From Phormidesmis sp. (GTDB lineage Bacteria > Cyanobacteriota > Cyanobacteriia > Leptolyngbyales > Leptolyngbyaceae), in NCBI GenBank assembly GCA_965248535.1, contig CBDFJR010000002.1:1216001-1280000 (forward strand): a DNA stretch of 64,000 nucleotides, read 5' to 3'. Below are positions 48,296 through 58,350 of this stretch, piece after piece (position 1 is the stretch's first letter; every line of letters starts with the position of its first letter). Under the pieces are notes generated by a model. It searched no databases. It was not told the DNA's origin and worked only from the letters and a program-made list of their open reading frames with translations. The position numbers were made by a program, and so were the translations under genes.

Positions 48296-49138
48296 ATGCC
48301 TATTTTTGATCGTGCCCACCCGTTTTTTGCATTTTTTGCGGAAGCTTCGGTGCCGATCAAGATAGGCATCTTTTTTGCTGTCTGGGTGACGATTTGGCTC
48401 CCGATCGCGGTTCCGTTAGCGATCTCCCTTCAGTGGCATCCCTTAAAGCCCCTAGAAATTCGTCAAAAACTGCCCCTCGTTGCCTCACTCTATCTGCTAG
48501 CCCCGATCGTGCTCTGGGCAGCCGCCTGGGTGCAAAACCTTCCCTTCAGCAGCTATGGGCTATCTGGCAGCTTGGCTGATTTAGCATCTCTAGGTCGCGG
48601 GTTGGTCGTGGGTACGATCGGGCTAGTCGTTTTGTTTGGAGTTCAGATTCTAGTAGGCTGGGTCAACTGGAGGTCAGACCACTTGCCGCAGTTGCGATCG
48701 GTGCTGCTGCCAACCTTGTTTTTAGGGCTGTGGATCGCAGTCACCGAAGAACTGATTTTTAGAGGATTTTTGCTGGGGCAGCTTGAGCAAGCCTATGGCG
48801 TATGGAGCGGCGCGATCGTCTCCAGTCTGATTTTTGCCCTGCTGCACCTAGTCTGGGAAGGTTCAGAAAATATTCCCCAGCTACCAGGGCTATGGCTAAT
48901 GGGCATGGTGCTTTGTCTAGCGCAGAGCATTGATCACCATCGTCTAGGGCTAGCCTGGGGTCTTCATGCAGGATGGGTTTGGGGCATGGCCAGCCTTGAC
49001 TCTGCCCATCTGATCGGCTATACGGGGCGTGCTTCAGACTGGCTAACAGGTTTAAAAGAAAAGCCCCTAGCAGGGGCGATGGGGCTGCTGTTTTTGCTGA
49101 CCACGGCGGGCGGGCTGTGGGCCATCAGCAGTCAATAA
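48296..49138 (+). CDS. CPBP/CAAX intramembrane metalloprotease
   Basis: EELIFRG, FALLH, WGLHAGW. Confidence 0.88.
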   Translation: MPIFDRAHPFFAFFAEASVPIKIGIFFAVWVTIWLPIAVPLAISLQWHPLKPLEIRQKLPLVASLYLLAPIVLWAAAWVQNLPFSSYGLSGSLADLASLGRGLVVGTIGLVVLFGVQILVGWVNWRSDHLPQLRSVLLPTLFLGLWIAVTEELIFRGFLLGQLEQAYGVWSGAIVSSLIFALLHLVWEGSENIPQLPGLWLMGMVLCLAQSIDHHRLGLAWGLHAGWVWGMASLDSAHLIGYTGRASDWLTGLKEKPLAGAMGLLFLLTTAGGLWAISSQ

Positions 49139-49140
49139 TC

Positions 49141-49917
49141 TCAAAACTTGAAGGCCGCCCAATCTGACTCGCGATAATAGTCAGCCATGTTGTCAAACTT
49201 GTGAAGCTCTGCCCGATCGACGCAAAACGCTTGGGGTTGACCACCGAGCCACTGCTGATTGAGATCATCTAAAGTTTGACCCAAACGATCGGAGGCGGCC
49301 GAAAGAGCGCCAAAATAGCCCAAGGTCACATGGGGCGTAAAGTAATACTGCTGCTCAATGCCGATCGCAATCACATCGGGATTTTGATAGATCGCCCGGC
49401 GCAGCTTCAGCACTCGCTCATAGGATTCTTCATCGGTGGGGGCCAGACACAGCCCGATCGCACGGGGCATCACCATCAACCCCAAAGCCTGAAAGCAAAT
49501 CGGCTTACTTTGAGAGAGCGTCTGACTCTGGTTAAAACTGTGGGCAATGCGATCGCGCAACTGAGTTTCAAACTCAGGATTTTCGCTAGCATGACGATAA
49601 GCGCTATCCCAGATCAGATCAGCCACCGTCATGTGAAAGCTCTTGGGCGGCACTGGCAGCAGCAAATTTTCGCCTAGCTGCTGCACTAACTGAGCTTGAA
49701 ACTGGGTCAAGCGATCGTAGAGCGCCCCGTTTTCTCGATCGGCGGCTCCACACGGAGTCACCACGGCATAACCGGGAAACTCGGCGACTTGCCACCCGTG
49801 ATCAGGGTGATGTTGAAACTTAGGCGACTCTTGAATGTGCTGCACCTGCGACCTGTAGGTGTCTGGGAGCGTCATCCGCATCACCCGATTGAGGTAGGTC
49901 TGATAGTTTTCGTCCAA
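49141..49917 (-). CDS. DUF1868 / 2H-phosphoesterase family protein
   Basis: SFHMT and PHVTLGYF HxT motifs; TTG start inferred. Confidence 0.8.
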   Translation of the reverse strand: MDENYQTYLNRVMRMTLPDTYRSQVQHIQESPKFQHHPDHGWQVAEFPGYAVVTPCGAADRENGALYDRLTQFQAQLVQQLGENLLLPVPPKSFHMTVADLIWDSAYRHASENPEFETQLRDRIAHSFNQSQTLSQSKPICFQALGLMVMPRAIGLCLAPTDEESYERVLKLRRAIYQNPDVIAIGIEQQYYFTPHVTLGYFGALSAASDRLGQTLDDLNQQWLGGQPQAFCVDRAELHKFDNMADYYRESDWAAFKF

Positions 49918-50123
49918 TCTCGATCGCCTCGCGCTGTAAATCAATAGTTTAAAAGTCCACCCTTAATCTAACGGCAAAGTGCCGCTTTGCTCTGGGAGAT
50001 CTCAGCATTCCCACCCCAACCCAAGGCAGTGGGGATCATCTTAAGAAATCTTTAAGAATTGGGTCGCTGGACGCTGGACTCTGTTCAGTCTACAGTCTAA
50101 AGTTCTCTGTCTAAAACTGGTGT

Positions 50124-51107
50124 ATGGCAATTTACCTCTATTGGGGAGAAGATAGCTTCGCGATCGCCCAAGCCGTCAAAGCGCTTCAGAAAAAAACTCT
50201 TGATCCCACTTGGGAGAGCTTTAATGTAGACAAAATTTCTCCCGATCAGCCTGACGCAATTATTCAAGGACTCAATCAAGCGATGACTCCGCCCTTTGGT
50301 GCTGGCGATCGCTTTGTCTGGCTAGTCGAGACGACTCTGGTTCAACGCTGCTCAGAAAGCCTGCTGGCAGAGCTAGAACGAACGCTGCCAGCCATTCTCA
50401 AGACCACGACTCTGCTGCTAACCAGTTTGAGCAAACCTGACGGGCGGCTAAAATCGACCAAACTGCTGCAAAAATATGCCTCAATCCAAGAGTTTTCGCC
50501 GATTCCGCCGTGGAAGACTGACCTATTGATCAAACAAGTGCAGCAGGTCGCGAGAGAACTGGAGGTCAAGCTAACCGCCGACAGTGCCGAGTTTTTAGCG
50601 GAAGCGATCGGCAACAACACCCAGCAACTCTATCGCGATCTCGAAAAGATCCGGCTCTTGGGCAGCGACTCAAAAACTCCCTTGACCGTCGAAGCGATCG
50701 CGCCCCTGATCACGGCCAGCACTCAAAACAGCTTGCAGTTAGTCACTGCCATTCTCGAAGGAAAAACCGATCGAGCGCTGGAACTGGTCACAGAATTGCT
50801 GCGTCAAAATGAACCAGCCCTCAAAATTCTGGCAACCCTAGTGGGGCAGTTTCGGCAGCGACTGTGGATCAAAATCATGGTGGAGTCAGGCGAACGTGAC
50901 GATCGGGCGATCGCCCAAGCCGCCGAACTCAACAATCCCAAAAAGCTTTATTTTTTGCAAAAAGAACTCGCCAAAATTTCAGCCACCCAACTGCAACAGA
51001 CCTTGCCCCTGCTGCTGGAATTAGAGTTTAGTCTCAAGCGGGGAGCCGAAGAAACTTCGACCTTGCAGACCAAAGCGATCGAACTTTGTCAACTCTTCAA
51101 GACCTAA
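50124..51107 (+). CDS. holA: DNA polymerase III subunit delta
   Basis: IYLYWGED, AMTPPFG, KPDGRLKSTK, LELEFSLKRG. Confidence 0.92.
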   Translation: MAIYLYWGEDSFAIAQAVKALQKKTLDPTWESFNVDKISPDQPDAIIQGLNQAMTPPFGAGDRFVWLVETTLVQRCSESLLAELERTLPAILKTTTLLLTSLSKPDGRLKSTKLLQKYASIQEFSPIPPWKTDLLIKQVQQVARELEVKLTADSAEFLAEAIGNNTQQLYRDLEKIRLLGSDSKTPLTVEAIAPLITASTQNSLQLVTAILEGKTDRALELVTELLRQNEPALKILATLVGQFRQRLWIKIMVESGERDDRAIAQAAELNNPKKLYFLQKELAKISATQLQQTLPLLLELEFSLKRGAEETSTLQTKAIELCQLFKT

Positions 51108-51187
51108 ATCACGCTGATTTAAAGTCCTGTAGTGATTAAAATCAAAACCTGATTATTTTCTGGAACTTCTTGCCCATAAAATAACTC

Positions 51188-51733
51188 ATGATTATTAAAG
51201 CAACCTCGTGTGCTAGTTTTCGGAATGTCACACTCCCTATGATGAACCGCGCCTTTCATTTACCCTCTCGCTTAAACAAAATGTTCGCTCGATCACTGAC
51301 GTTAGGCACTCTCTCAGTTCTGAGTCTCGGCTTGGGTCTGACTCCCAAGCTCTCTTTCCAGACGGCTCATCTGTTTGATTCGGCTGCTTATGCTCAGTCT
51401 CAAGAGCCGACCTTTACCCGCTATGTCAGAGCCGCCTACGAGCTAGAAATCACCCGCAGACCCCTCGATGAAGAGGTCAAAAAGCTAACGGGCGGCAACG
51501 CACCCAGCAATGTTTGCAGCAATGTTGACCAAGTTCAAGCCGATGTTCGCGATCGCGTCAGAGATATCTGTGCTGGGTTTGCCACTCAAAGACGCACGAT
51601 CGTCTACGACAAATACAAACTCAGTCAAGAAGAGTTCAATAGCTTTCAACGACAGATGCTTGATGCGTCAACCCGCGCTGACATGGAAGGCAAAGTCAAC
51701 GCCGAGCTAAAGCGGCTAGGTCTGATCAAATAA
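51188..51733 (+). CDS. DUF4168-like exported protein (start uncertain)
   Basis: AYAQ signal end; YVRAAYELE...C...C...FNSF pattern. Confidence 0.65.
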   Translation: MIIKATSCASFRNVTLPMMNRAFHLPSRLNKMFARSLTLGTLSVLSLGLGLTPKLSFQTAHLFDSAAYAQSQEPTFTRYVRAAYELEITRRPLDEEVKKLTGGNAPSNVCSNVDQVQADVRDRVRDICAGFATQRRTIVYDKYKLSQEEFNSFQRQMLDASTRADMEGKVNAELKRLGLIK

Positions 51734-51753
51734 ACCGATCGAGGCAGTGGCTT

Positions 51754-52443
51754 ATGGGACGTTATGTAGACGCAGATCCCTATCCCTATCCCTTTAACGG
51801 AGATTTGCGCCCAGAGAATACGGTGATTTTGGTGATCGATATGCAAACCGATTTTTGTGGAATCGGGGGCTATGTCGATCGCATGGGCTACGATCTGTCG
51901 CTGACGCGGGCCCCGATCGAGCCGATCAAAACTCTGCTCTCGGTGGCTCGTGCCAAGGGCTTTCACATCATGCACACCCGCGAGGGGCATCGCCCTGACC
52001 TGTCTGACCTGCCCGAAAACAAACAGTGGCGCAGTCGGCAAATCGGCGCGGGCATTGGCGATCTCGGCCCCTGCGGCAGAATTTTGGTGCGGGGTGAGCC
52101 GGGTTGGGAGATCATTTCCGATCTGGCCCCGTTGCCGGGAGAAGCCGTGATCGACAAGCCGGGCAAGGGTTCGTTTTATGCCACTGATCTAGATTTATTG
52201 TTAAAGCGGCAGGGCATTCAAAACATCGTGCTGACGGGCATCACGACTGATGTTTGTGTGCATACGACGATGCGAGATGCCAACGATCGGGGCTATGAAT
52301 GTCTCTTATTATCTGACTGCACGGGCGCAACTGACTATGACAACCATCTCGCTGCTTTAAAGATGGTCAAAATGCAGGGTGGCGTGTTTGGTGCGGTTGC
52401 TGATTCGGCAGCTTTGATCAAAGCGCTACAAGCTGAGTGCTGA
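51754..52443 (+). CDS. biuH: Cysteine hydrolase, probable biuret hydrolase
   Basis: [49 protein letters not shown]. Confidence 0.8.
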   Translation: MGRYVDADPYPYPFNGDLRPENTVILVIDMQTDFCGIGGYVDRMGYDLSLTRAPIEPIKTLLSVARAKGFHIMHTREGHRPDLSDLPENKQWRSRQIGAGIGDLGPCGRILVRGEPGWEIISDLAPLPGEAVIDKPGKGSFYATDLDLLLKRQGIQNIVLTGITTDVCVHTTMRDANDRGYECLLLSDCTGATDYDNHLAALKMVKMQGGVFGAVADSAALIKALQAEC

Positions 52444-52804
52444 AATTTGGGTTATCAGATTACTCAAGAAATTTCTATTAAACTTTGAATTCATATTAGA
52501 AAAAATCCTCAAACTGTAAAAAAGATTGATTGCAGCATTGGCTCAAAGACTTTAGTAGTCAGGAATACTGTATAGAGTTGTCATCAGGTTTGATTAATTC
52601 ATTGGTTTGTGTAGTGATCCCGATCGCTTTGTCAACAGACACGTTGTAAAACTCATCTCCAAATGTTTGATCTGCTCTTCTTTAAGTGTTTGAAATAACA
52701 TCAACACGTTAAAACATTCTTAGAAAACTCAGCCAATCCTACTATCTTCGCTACGAATTGGGTAACCGCAATTCTGCAAAATCCTGAACGGATAGGAGAT
52801 ACGA

Positions 52805-54250
52805 ATGGATTTTTTGTCTGATACCGTTACGCTGTCGCGGATGCAGTTTGCGCTGACTGCCATTTTTCACATTATTTTTCCCATTCTCACGACGGGCATG
52901 GGAATTTATCTCGTCATTATCGAGGGGCTATGGCTCAAAACTCGCAATCCTGACTACTACCTCCATGCGCGGTTTTGGGCAAAGTTCTACGTGCTCAACT
53001 TTGGGGTTGGGGTCGCCACTGGCATTCCCTTAGAATTTCAGTTTGGAACCAATTGGGCACCCTTCTCAGATGCTGTCGGCAACTTTTTTGGCAGCGTTTT
53101 AGGGTTTGAGGCCTCTTGGGCGTTTATGCTCGAAGCCGCATTTTTAGGAATCATGCTGTTTGGCTGGGAGCGCGTCAACCCTGCCATTCACTATATGGCT
53201 ACGATTTTGGTGGCGATCGGGGCAAACCTCTCGGTCGTCTTCATTTTGACGGCTAACTCTTGGATGGTGACTCCGGCGGGCGGCGATCTGGTAGACGGCA
53301 AATTTATGGTGACTGACTACTTTCAGGCCCTGTTCAATCCATCGGCGGCAACGAGCATTTTGCATATGTTTTTCGCCACCTTTGAGACTTCGCTGTTTGT
53401 GATCGGCGGCATTAGCGCCTGGTATATTTTGCACGATCGCCATGCCGCTTTTTTTGCCAAAACCCTCAAGCTCGTCTTGGCCATCACGCTCATTGTGGCT
53501 CCGCTGCAAATCTACGTTGGGCACGTCAGCGCCGAACTGGTCTATCGCTATCAGCCCGCCAAACTCGCCGCCATGGAAGCCCAGTGGGAAACTTCGCCCG
53601 CCGGAAAACCTGCCGACTGGACTCTGCTTGCCCTGCCCAACAAACTCACTGAGAAAAATGATTGGGAAATCAGTGTCCCTGGGGCGTTGGGCTACATTTT
53701 GGAATTTAAGAAAAATCTGTCTGAACCTGTTCTGGGCTTAAAAGAATGGCCGCCAGAAAACCGTCCCCAAGCGCTAGGGCTGATCTACTACTGCTTTCGG
53801 ATCATGATTGGGATCGGGTTCTTTTTAGCCGCCATGACGCTAGTCACCGCCGTGCAGTGGTTACGCGGCAAGCTCTCGGATGACACGATCGCCCAACAGC
53901 GATGGCTGATGCGCGCCTGGATATTTTCCGCTCCGCTTGGCTATCTTGCAGTCGAGACCGGGTGGATTGTTCGCTGCACGGGTCGTCAGCCGTGGACGCT
54001 CTACAACAAAATTCGCACCGTAGATTCTGCATCGCTGCTGCCCGCCAGCAATGTGCTCACGTCGCTGATTTGTTTTGCTGCCGTCTATGGGCTGCTGTTA
54101 GTGTCTTATCTCTACTTTGGCAGTCGCATTGTTCTCAAGGGGCCCAATTTAGACTTGCCGATTCCGGGAGTGGAGGTCAACCAGCCCGCGATCGCCACCA
54201 CTCCCGGCGAGTTTGTGCCCGATGAGCGCCCCGTAGAAGCCCAACAGTAG
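52805..54250 (+). CDS. cydA: Cytochrome bd quinol oxidase subunit I
   Basis: SRMQFALTAIFH, EFQFGTNW, QPAKLAAME, GRQPW. Confidence 0.96.
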   Translation: MDFLSDTVTLSRMQFALTAIFHIIFPILTTGMGIYLVIIEGLWLKTRNPDYYLHARFWAKFYVLNFGVGVATGIPLEFQFGTNWAPFSDAVGNFFGSVLGFEASWAFMLEAAFLGIMLFGWERVNPAIHYMATILVAIGANLSVVFILTANSWMVTPAGGDLVDGKFMVTDYFQALFNPSAATSILHMFFATFETSLFVIGGISAWYILHDRHAAFFAKTLKLVLAITLIVAPLQIYVGHVSAELVYRYQPAKLAAMEAQWETSPAGKPADWTLLALPNKLTEKNDWEISVPGALGYILEFKKNLSEPVLGLKEWPPENRPQALGLIYYCFRIMIGIGFFLAAMTLVTAVQWLRGKLSDDTIAQQRWLMRAWIFSAPLGYLAVETGWIVRCTGRQPWTLYNKIRTVDSASLLPASNVLTSLICFAAVYGLLLVSYLYFGSRIVLKGPNLDLPIPGVEVNQPAIATTPGEFVPDERPVEAQQ

Positions 54251-54259
54251 GAACCGTGC

Positions 54260-55270
54260 ATGGAAACGCTGAAATATTTTTTGCCCCAAGTCTGGTTTGG
54301 CGTGTTGGGTCTGTTTCTCTTTCTCTACGTCATGCTCGACGGCTTTGATCTAGGAGTCGGCATCTTGTCATTAACCTCCGATGACGAAGAACGACGCGGG
54401 CTGTTGATGACCAGCCTCAGCAATATCTGGGATGCCAATGAAACCTGGCTCGTGCTGATGGGCGGTGGTTTGTTTGGGGCCTTTCCCCGCGCTTATGGAA
54501 CGATTTTGAGCGCCCTCTACATCCCAATTTTTGTAATGGTGTTTGGCTTTGTATTTCGGGGCGTGGCCTTTGAGTTTCGCGAACAGTCCACCCGCAAATT
54601 CTTTTGGAACTTTGCCTTTGGCGCAGGCAGTTTTGCGGCGGCTCTCGGTCAGGGGTTTGCGCTCGGTGCCGTGCTGTTTGGCATTAAAGTCGATGCCAAA
54701 GGCTACTTCATTGGCGGCACTTGGGATTGGCTCACCTGGCAATCGGTGCTGGTGGCGCTGACGCTGATTCAGGCTTATGTGCTGATTGGCTCAACCTATC
54801 TGATCTGGAAAACTGAAGGAGAGTTGCAGACCACTCACTATCAAAGCGCTCGGCTTTCGGCCTGGACAACCCTAGTCGGGGCGATTTTTATCACCGTGAG
54901 CACGCCGATTTTTTATGAAAGTGCGCGAACTAAATTGTTTGAGCCACCCCTGCTGTATGTGTTTGCGGTGATTCCCTTTTTGGGGATTTTCTTGATCTGG
55001 CGACTGTTGAAGAGTCTCGATCGCAAACAAGAACGCGCCCCCTTTATCTGGACGATTCTCTTATTCGTTCTCACATTTATCGGGTTAGCGTTAGTGGTGT
55101 TTCCCTATATCATTCCCACTCAGATTACGATCTATGAGGCATCGGCTGATCCGAGTTCGTTAGTGATCATGATCATTTTTGTGGGCGTTCTGATTCCCAT
55201 TATGTTATTTTACAATCTCTATTCCTACATCGTGTTTCGCGGCAAAGTAGCAGGCGGCTCTTATGATTAG
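54260..55270 (+). CDS. cydB: Cytochrome bd quinol oxidase subunit II
   Basis: LDGFDLGVG, WDANETWLV, RGVAFEFR. Confidence 0.96.
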   Translation: METLKYFLPQVWFGVLGLFLFLYVMLDGFDLGVGILSLTSDDEERRGLLMTSLSNIWDANETWLVLMGGGLFGAFPRAYGTILSALYIPIFVMVFGFVFRGVAFEFREQSTRKFFWNFAFGAGSFAAALGQGFALGAVLFGIKVDAKGYFIGGTWDWLTWQSVLVALTLIQAYVLIGSTYLIWKTEGELQTTHYQSARLSAWTTLVGAIFITVSTPIFYESARTKLFEPPLLYVFAVIPFLGIFLIWRLLKSLDRKQERAPFIWTILLFVLTFIGLALVVFPYIIPTQITIYEASADPSSLVIMIIFVGVLIPIMLFYNLYSYIVFRGKVAGGSYD

Positions 55271-55293
55271 ATCACACTTCTAGGCTGCGCCAG

Positions 55294-55348
55294 AGAGACG
55301 ATCGGGCAAGCAGGGTTAAACAACAGTTTCCTCTGCCCGATCGTCTCT
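55294..55348. terminator. 15-bp perfect inverted repeat between convergent genes
   Basis: AGAGACGATCGGGCA ... TGCCCGATCGTCTCT. Confidence 0.55.
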
Positions 55349-55390
55349 TGATCTGCAAAATCAGTCCCCTGATAGGAGATCAGCCTCCCG

Positions 55391-56254
55391 CTATACCGAG
55401 ATCAATTCCTTCTCGACCACCGACACGTTTTCATAAAGCTGAGTCAGCGTGTTGCGCCCCTGTCGGGTCACCTTGAGATAGTGAATGCCCTCTCGGATAT
55501 AAGGGTAGACCACATTGCGATAAAAACTTGGGTAGCTCGATCGCAAGTCTCTCGGATGGTGATAACCCAATGCCTGACTAGTGCCGACTTCTTCTAACTC
55601 ACTAAACAGGTCAGGCAGTTTAGACAAATAACACGGATCACTCAACTGCCCAATCAAATCAGCCGCTCGCACCAAGCCCGGAAAATTTGACGTGTTTTGA
55701 TAAAGCGAGTCATTAGGAAACGGAAACCGCGTCACCTCAACATTGAGCTTGACCGCCTCAACGTCAATCAAGGGATGACCCCCCAAATTTTCTTCGATAA
55801 ATTGCTTACCGCGATCGACGTGATAGGGAGCAAGACTCGCATCAGTGGCGTTGGGCGGCAGGCAAACCGTCTGACTGCCGATGCCCGTTGCATAGCAACA
55901 GCAGCGATCGCCGATGCGATCCTGTTCACACACGCCTCTCACATAGCCAATGTCGTGACACACCAGCGCCAAAATCACCTGCACCCACTCTTGGCAAGAA
56001 ATGTTTCCTTCGAGAAGATATTTTCCGCGCAACATCTCTTGCCCAGTTGTCGTCACCAAAATCGTGTGTTCAAGGTTGTGATAGGGCATATCACCTAGCG
56101 CGATCGTGTTAAGCGCCAAGGTCGCCGTCTGACCGATCAAATCGAGATAACCTGACTGACAGCCGTCATAAATATCGTGACAGACGGCTTGCAAATGCTC
56201 GACACAATACCGGATTGTTGCAGCTTGAGAGTTAACCATGATTGACTCATCCAA
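55391..56254 (-). CDS. HD-domain phosphohydrolase, paralog of 1575-2399
   Basis: YHNLEHT, CHDIGY, PYHVDRGK, ADLIGQLSDP. Confidence 0.8.
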   Translation of the reverse strand: MDESIMVNSQAATIRYCVEHLQAVCHDIYDGCQSGYLDLIGQTATLALNTIALGDMPYHNLEHTILVTTTGQEMLRGKYLLEGNISCQEWVQVILALVCHDIGYVRGVCEQDRIGDRCCCYATGIGSQTVCLPPNATDASLAPYHVDRGKQFIEENLGGHPLIDVEAVKLNVEVTRFPFPNDSLYQNTSNFPGLVRAADLIGQLSDPCYLSKLPDLFSELEEVGTSQALGYHHPRDLRSSYPSFYRNVVYPYIREGIHYLKVTRQGRNTLTQLYENVSVVEKELISV

Positions 56255-56612
56255 TAACTTGCTTGCACGGAGGGGCTTTAATCAACAGAAACCACGAGAG
56301 AGCGTTTGATTCAACGGTTTTCGATTGATCATCACGATCGAGCACCGGGCAGAGACCTTGCACTTAAGTCACAATCAGGGCAGATTGCAGCTTAGAGAAA
56401 CCTGAGAGGCAAGTCCGTTTTAAAGGAGATAGTTCCCTTCAACGGGTTGTAGATTCATTGAGGAACCCCGAACATTACTTAACTCACCAGTAACAAAAGT
56501 AACTTACACCTTAACTTAGGGTTAAAACATGCAGAACTTGTGGAGTGATGCAAATTATACGTACCATTTCATGCAAAAATTGCATCCGTCTCAAGACATA
56601 AATTATTATTCG

Positions 56613-58220
56613 TCAAGTTAAAAGAACGCGATCGCCGCTTTCTGTCTTTGCCTGCTCAAGATCACGGGCTGCCGATCGATAGAGCGTTTGCAGGTCAGAC
56701 CCCTCTTGAGGATATTCAGCTACACCTGCCCTAAAAGATACTTTAAACGAGCCAGTGCCCGTCTCAGCCAACTCTTGCTCGTGAAAAACTTTTAACACAT
56801 GGCTTAGTCGTTTAATCGCGACGCATCGGGAAGTGTTTCCCATCCCGATCGCAAAAGTTGCCTCGCCCCAATAGCCAATCACATCGTCTGCTCTAAAGTG
56901 GGCGCGAAGCAGTGCGCCACAGTGCTCAATAACTTGACGCTTGATCTGAGGAGACTGACGCTCAAGCGTTTGCTGACGGCCCTCTAAATTTAGGATCGCT
57001 AAAGAGAACGATCGCGTCTCTTGTTGAGCACGTTCTAAAGCCCTGCCCAGATCTTGAAGCGATTGAGCACGATCAACCACCCCTGATGCCCGATCGTCTG
57101 CATCTAAACCAGTCTGGTCTGGAGAAAACCCAGAGTCTTGAGCACGATCGCCCTCAACATCATCGGCTAACAGAGCCGGAGGCTGCTGAGCATCCATTAA
57201 GCACAGTTCTTGTCTGAGTGCCTGCACCAGTTGGCAAAATAGTTGAATCTGGTTAGAAGGCACCCCCGACTCAAGCAGACCTTCAATCTGTTGCGCCAAT
57301 CGAGAGCCTTCACCCGAACCAAACATCCCCAACGATCCAGAGAGCTTGTGAGCATTTTGCTCGGCCAGCAATCGCAGCGCTTGGCTCAGTTGGTCGGTTT
57401 GCAGCGCCTGGCTAGCTTGCTCGATCACGGCTGCATTTTGGCTAAGTTGAGCACGAATGTCTCGCCAAACCTCATCGGCCCCAGCTTCAACAAGAGTCAC
57501 AAACGGCTGAGAACCCGTTGATAACGTCGGGGGTGGCATCAGGTCTTTAGCTTTGCGGAGACGATAACCAATGCCATAGACGGTCTCGATCGGGTCATCT
57601 TTGACACCCGCGAGTTTGATCTTGTGGCGCAGACCCTTGACATGAGAGCGAATCGTTTCTTCGGCTGGCGGCGTTTCTAGCGACCAGAGATGATCGATTA
57701 GAGCACTCAAACTGTAGATGCGTTGAGGGTTGCGAAGCAGCAGTTCGAGAAGGCTATATTCTTTAGGCGTTAAGCGCAGCGGTTGAGACTCACAGGTGAC
57801 TTCACAAGTGCTGGGGTTGAGATGCAGGGTGCCCCAGGTTAACAGTGGCGGCAGCGCCGATGCTCCACGGCGCAGCAGCGCCCGAATGCGGGCTAGTAGC
57901 TCTTGCAAATCAAAGGGTTTAGCCACATAGTCATCGGCTCCCGCGTCTAACCCTTTAACCCGGTGATTGCTGGTGTCTTGAGCGGTCAGCAGCAAAATCA
58001 GCGTCTGGTTGCCCTGGGATCGTAAGCGATGACACAGACTAATGCCGTCTAATTTGGGCAGCAGAATGTCAAGCAAAATCAGGTCATAGCTAAAGGATTC
58101 TGCCAGTTCCCAACCCCTCAGACCATCGCTGGCGCGATCGACGACATAGTGCTGATTGCTTAGAGCTTTAGCAAGGGGGGTTGCAATAAGCTGATCGTCT
58201 TCGATTAAGAGAATCCGCAT
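56613..58220 (-). CDS. Response regulator REC-wHTH-Hpt with degenerate GGDEF domain
   Basis: ILLIEDD, LLDILLP, KPF; IETVYGIGY; AHKLSGSLG Hpt; GYWGEATF in place of RxGGEEF. Confidence 0.85.
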   Translation of the reverse strand: MRILLIEDDQLIATPLAKALSNQHYVVDRASDGLRGWELAESFSYDLILLDILLPKLDGISLCHRLRSQGNQTLILLLTAQDTSNHRVKGLDAGADDYVAKPFDLQELLARIRALLRRGASALPPLLTWGTLHLNPSTCEVTCESQPLRLTPKEYSLLELLLRNPQRIYSLSALIDHLWSLETPPAEETIRSHVKGLRHKIKLAGVKDDPIETVYGIGYRLRKAKDLMPPPTLSTGSQPFVTLVEAGADEVWRDIRAQLSQNAAVIEQASQALQTDQLSQALRLLAEQNAHKLSGSLGMFGSGEGSRLAQQIEGLLESGVPSNQIQLFCQLVQALRQELCLMDAQQPPALLADDVEGDRAQDSGFSPDQTGLDADDRASGVVDRAQSLQDLGRALERAQQETRSFSLAILNLEGRQQTLERQSPQIKRQVIEHCGALLRAHFRADDVIGYWGEATFAIGMGNTSRCVAIKRLSHVLKVFHEQELAETGTGSFKVSFRAGVAEYPQEGSDLQTLYRSAARDLEQAKTESGDRVLLT

Positions 58221-58350
58221 GACGTGAATGACTCTTTAAGAAGGTGGGTTTACAGCCGGAGACCCCTGAGATGGATGTGTCTAAAAAGCAACTTACAGGA
58301 ACGCTAGTCACCAGTGTAAGGGAAATTACGGATTAATTAAAAAATCAGCG

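Noticed and set aside
53960..53996. CydA has RCTGRQPW instead of the E. coli AEYGRQPW glutamate
   Set aside because: To my knowledge this substitution is usual in cyanobacterial CydA, so it is not novel.
56490..56503. GTA-N8-AAC NtcA-like site
   Set aside because: Mismatch in the conserved half and no supporting promoter geometry.
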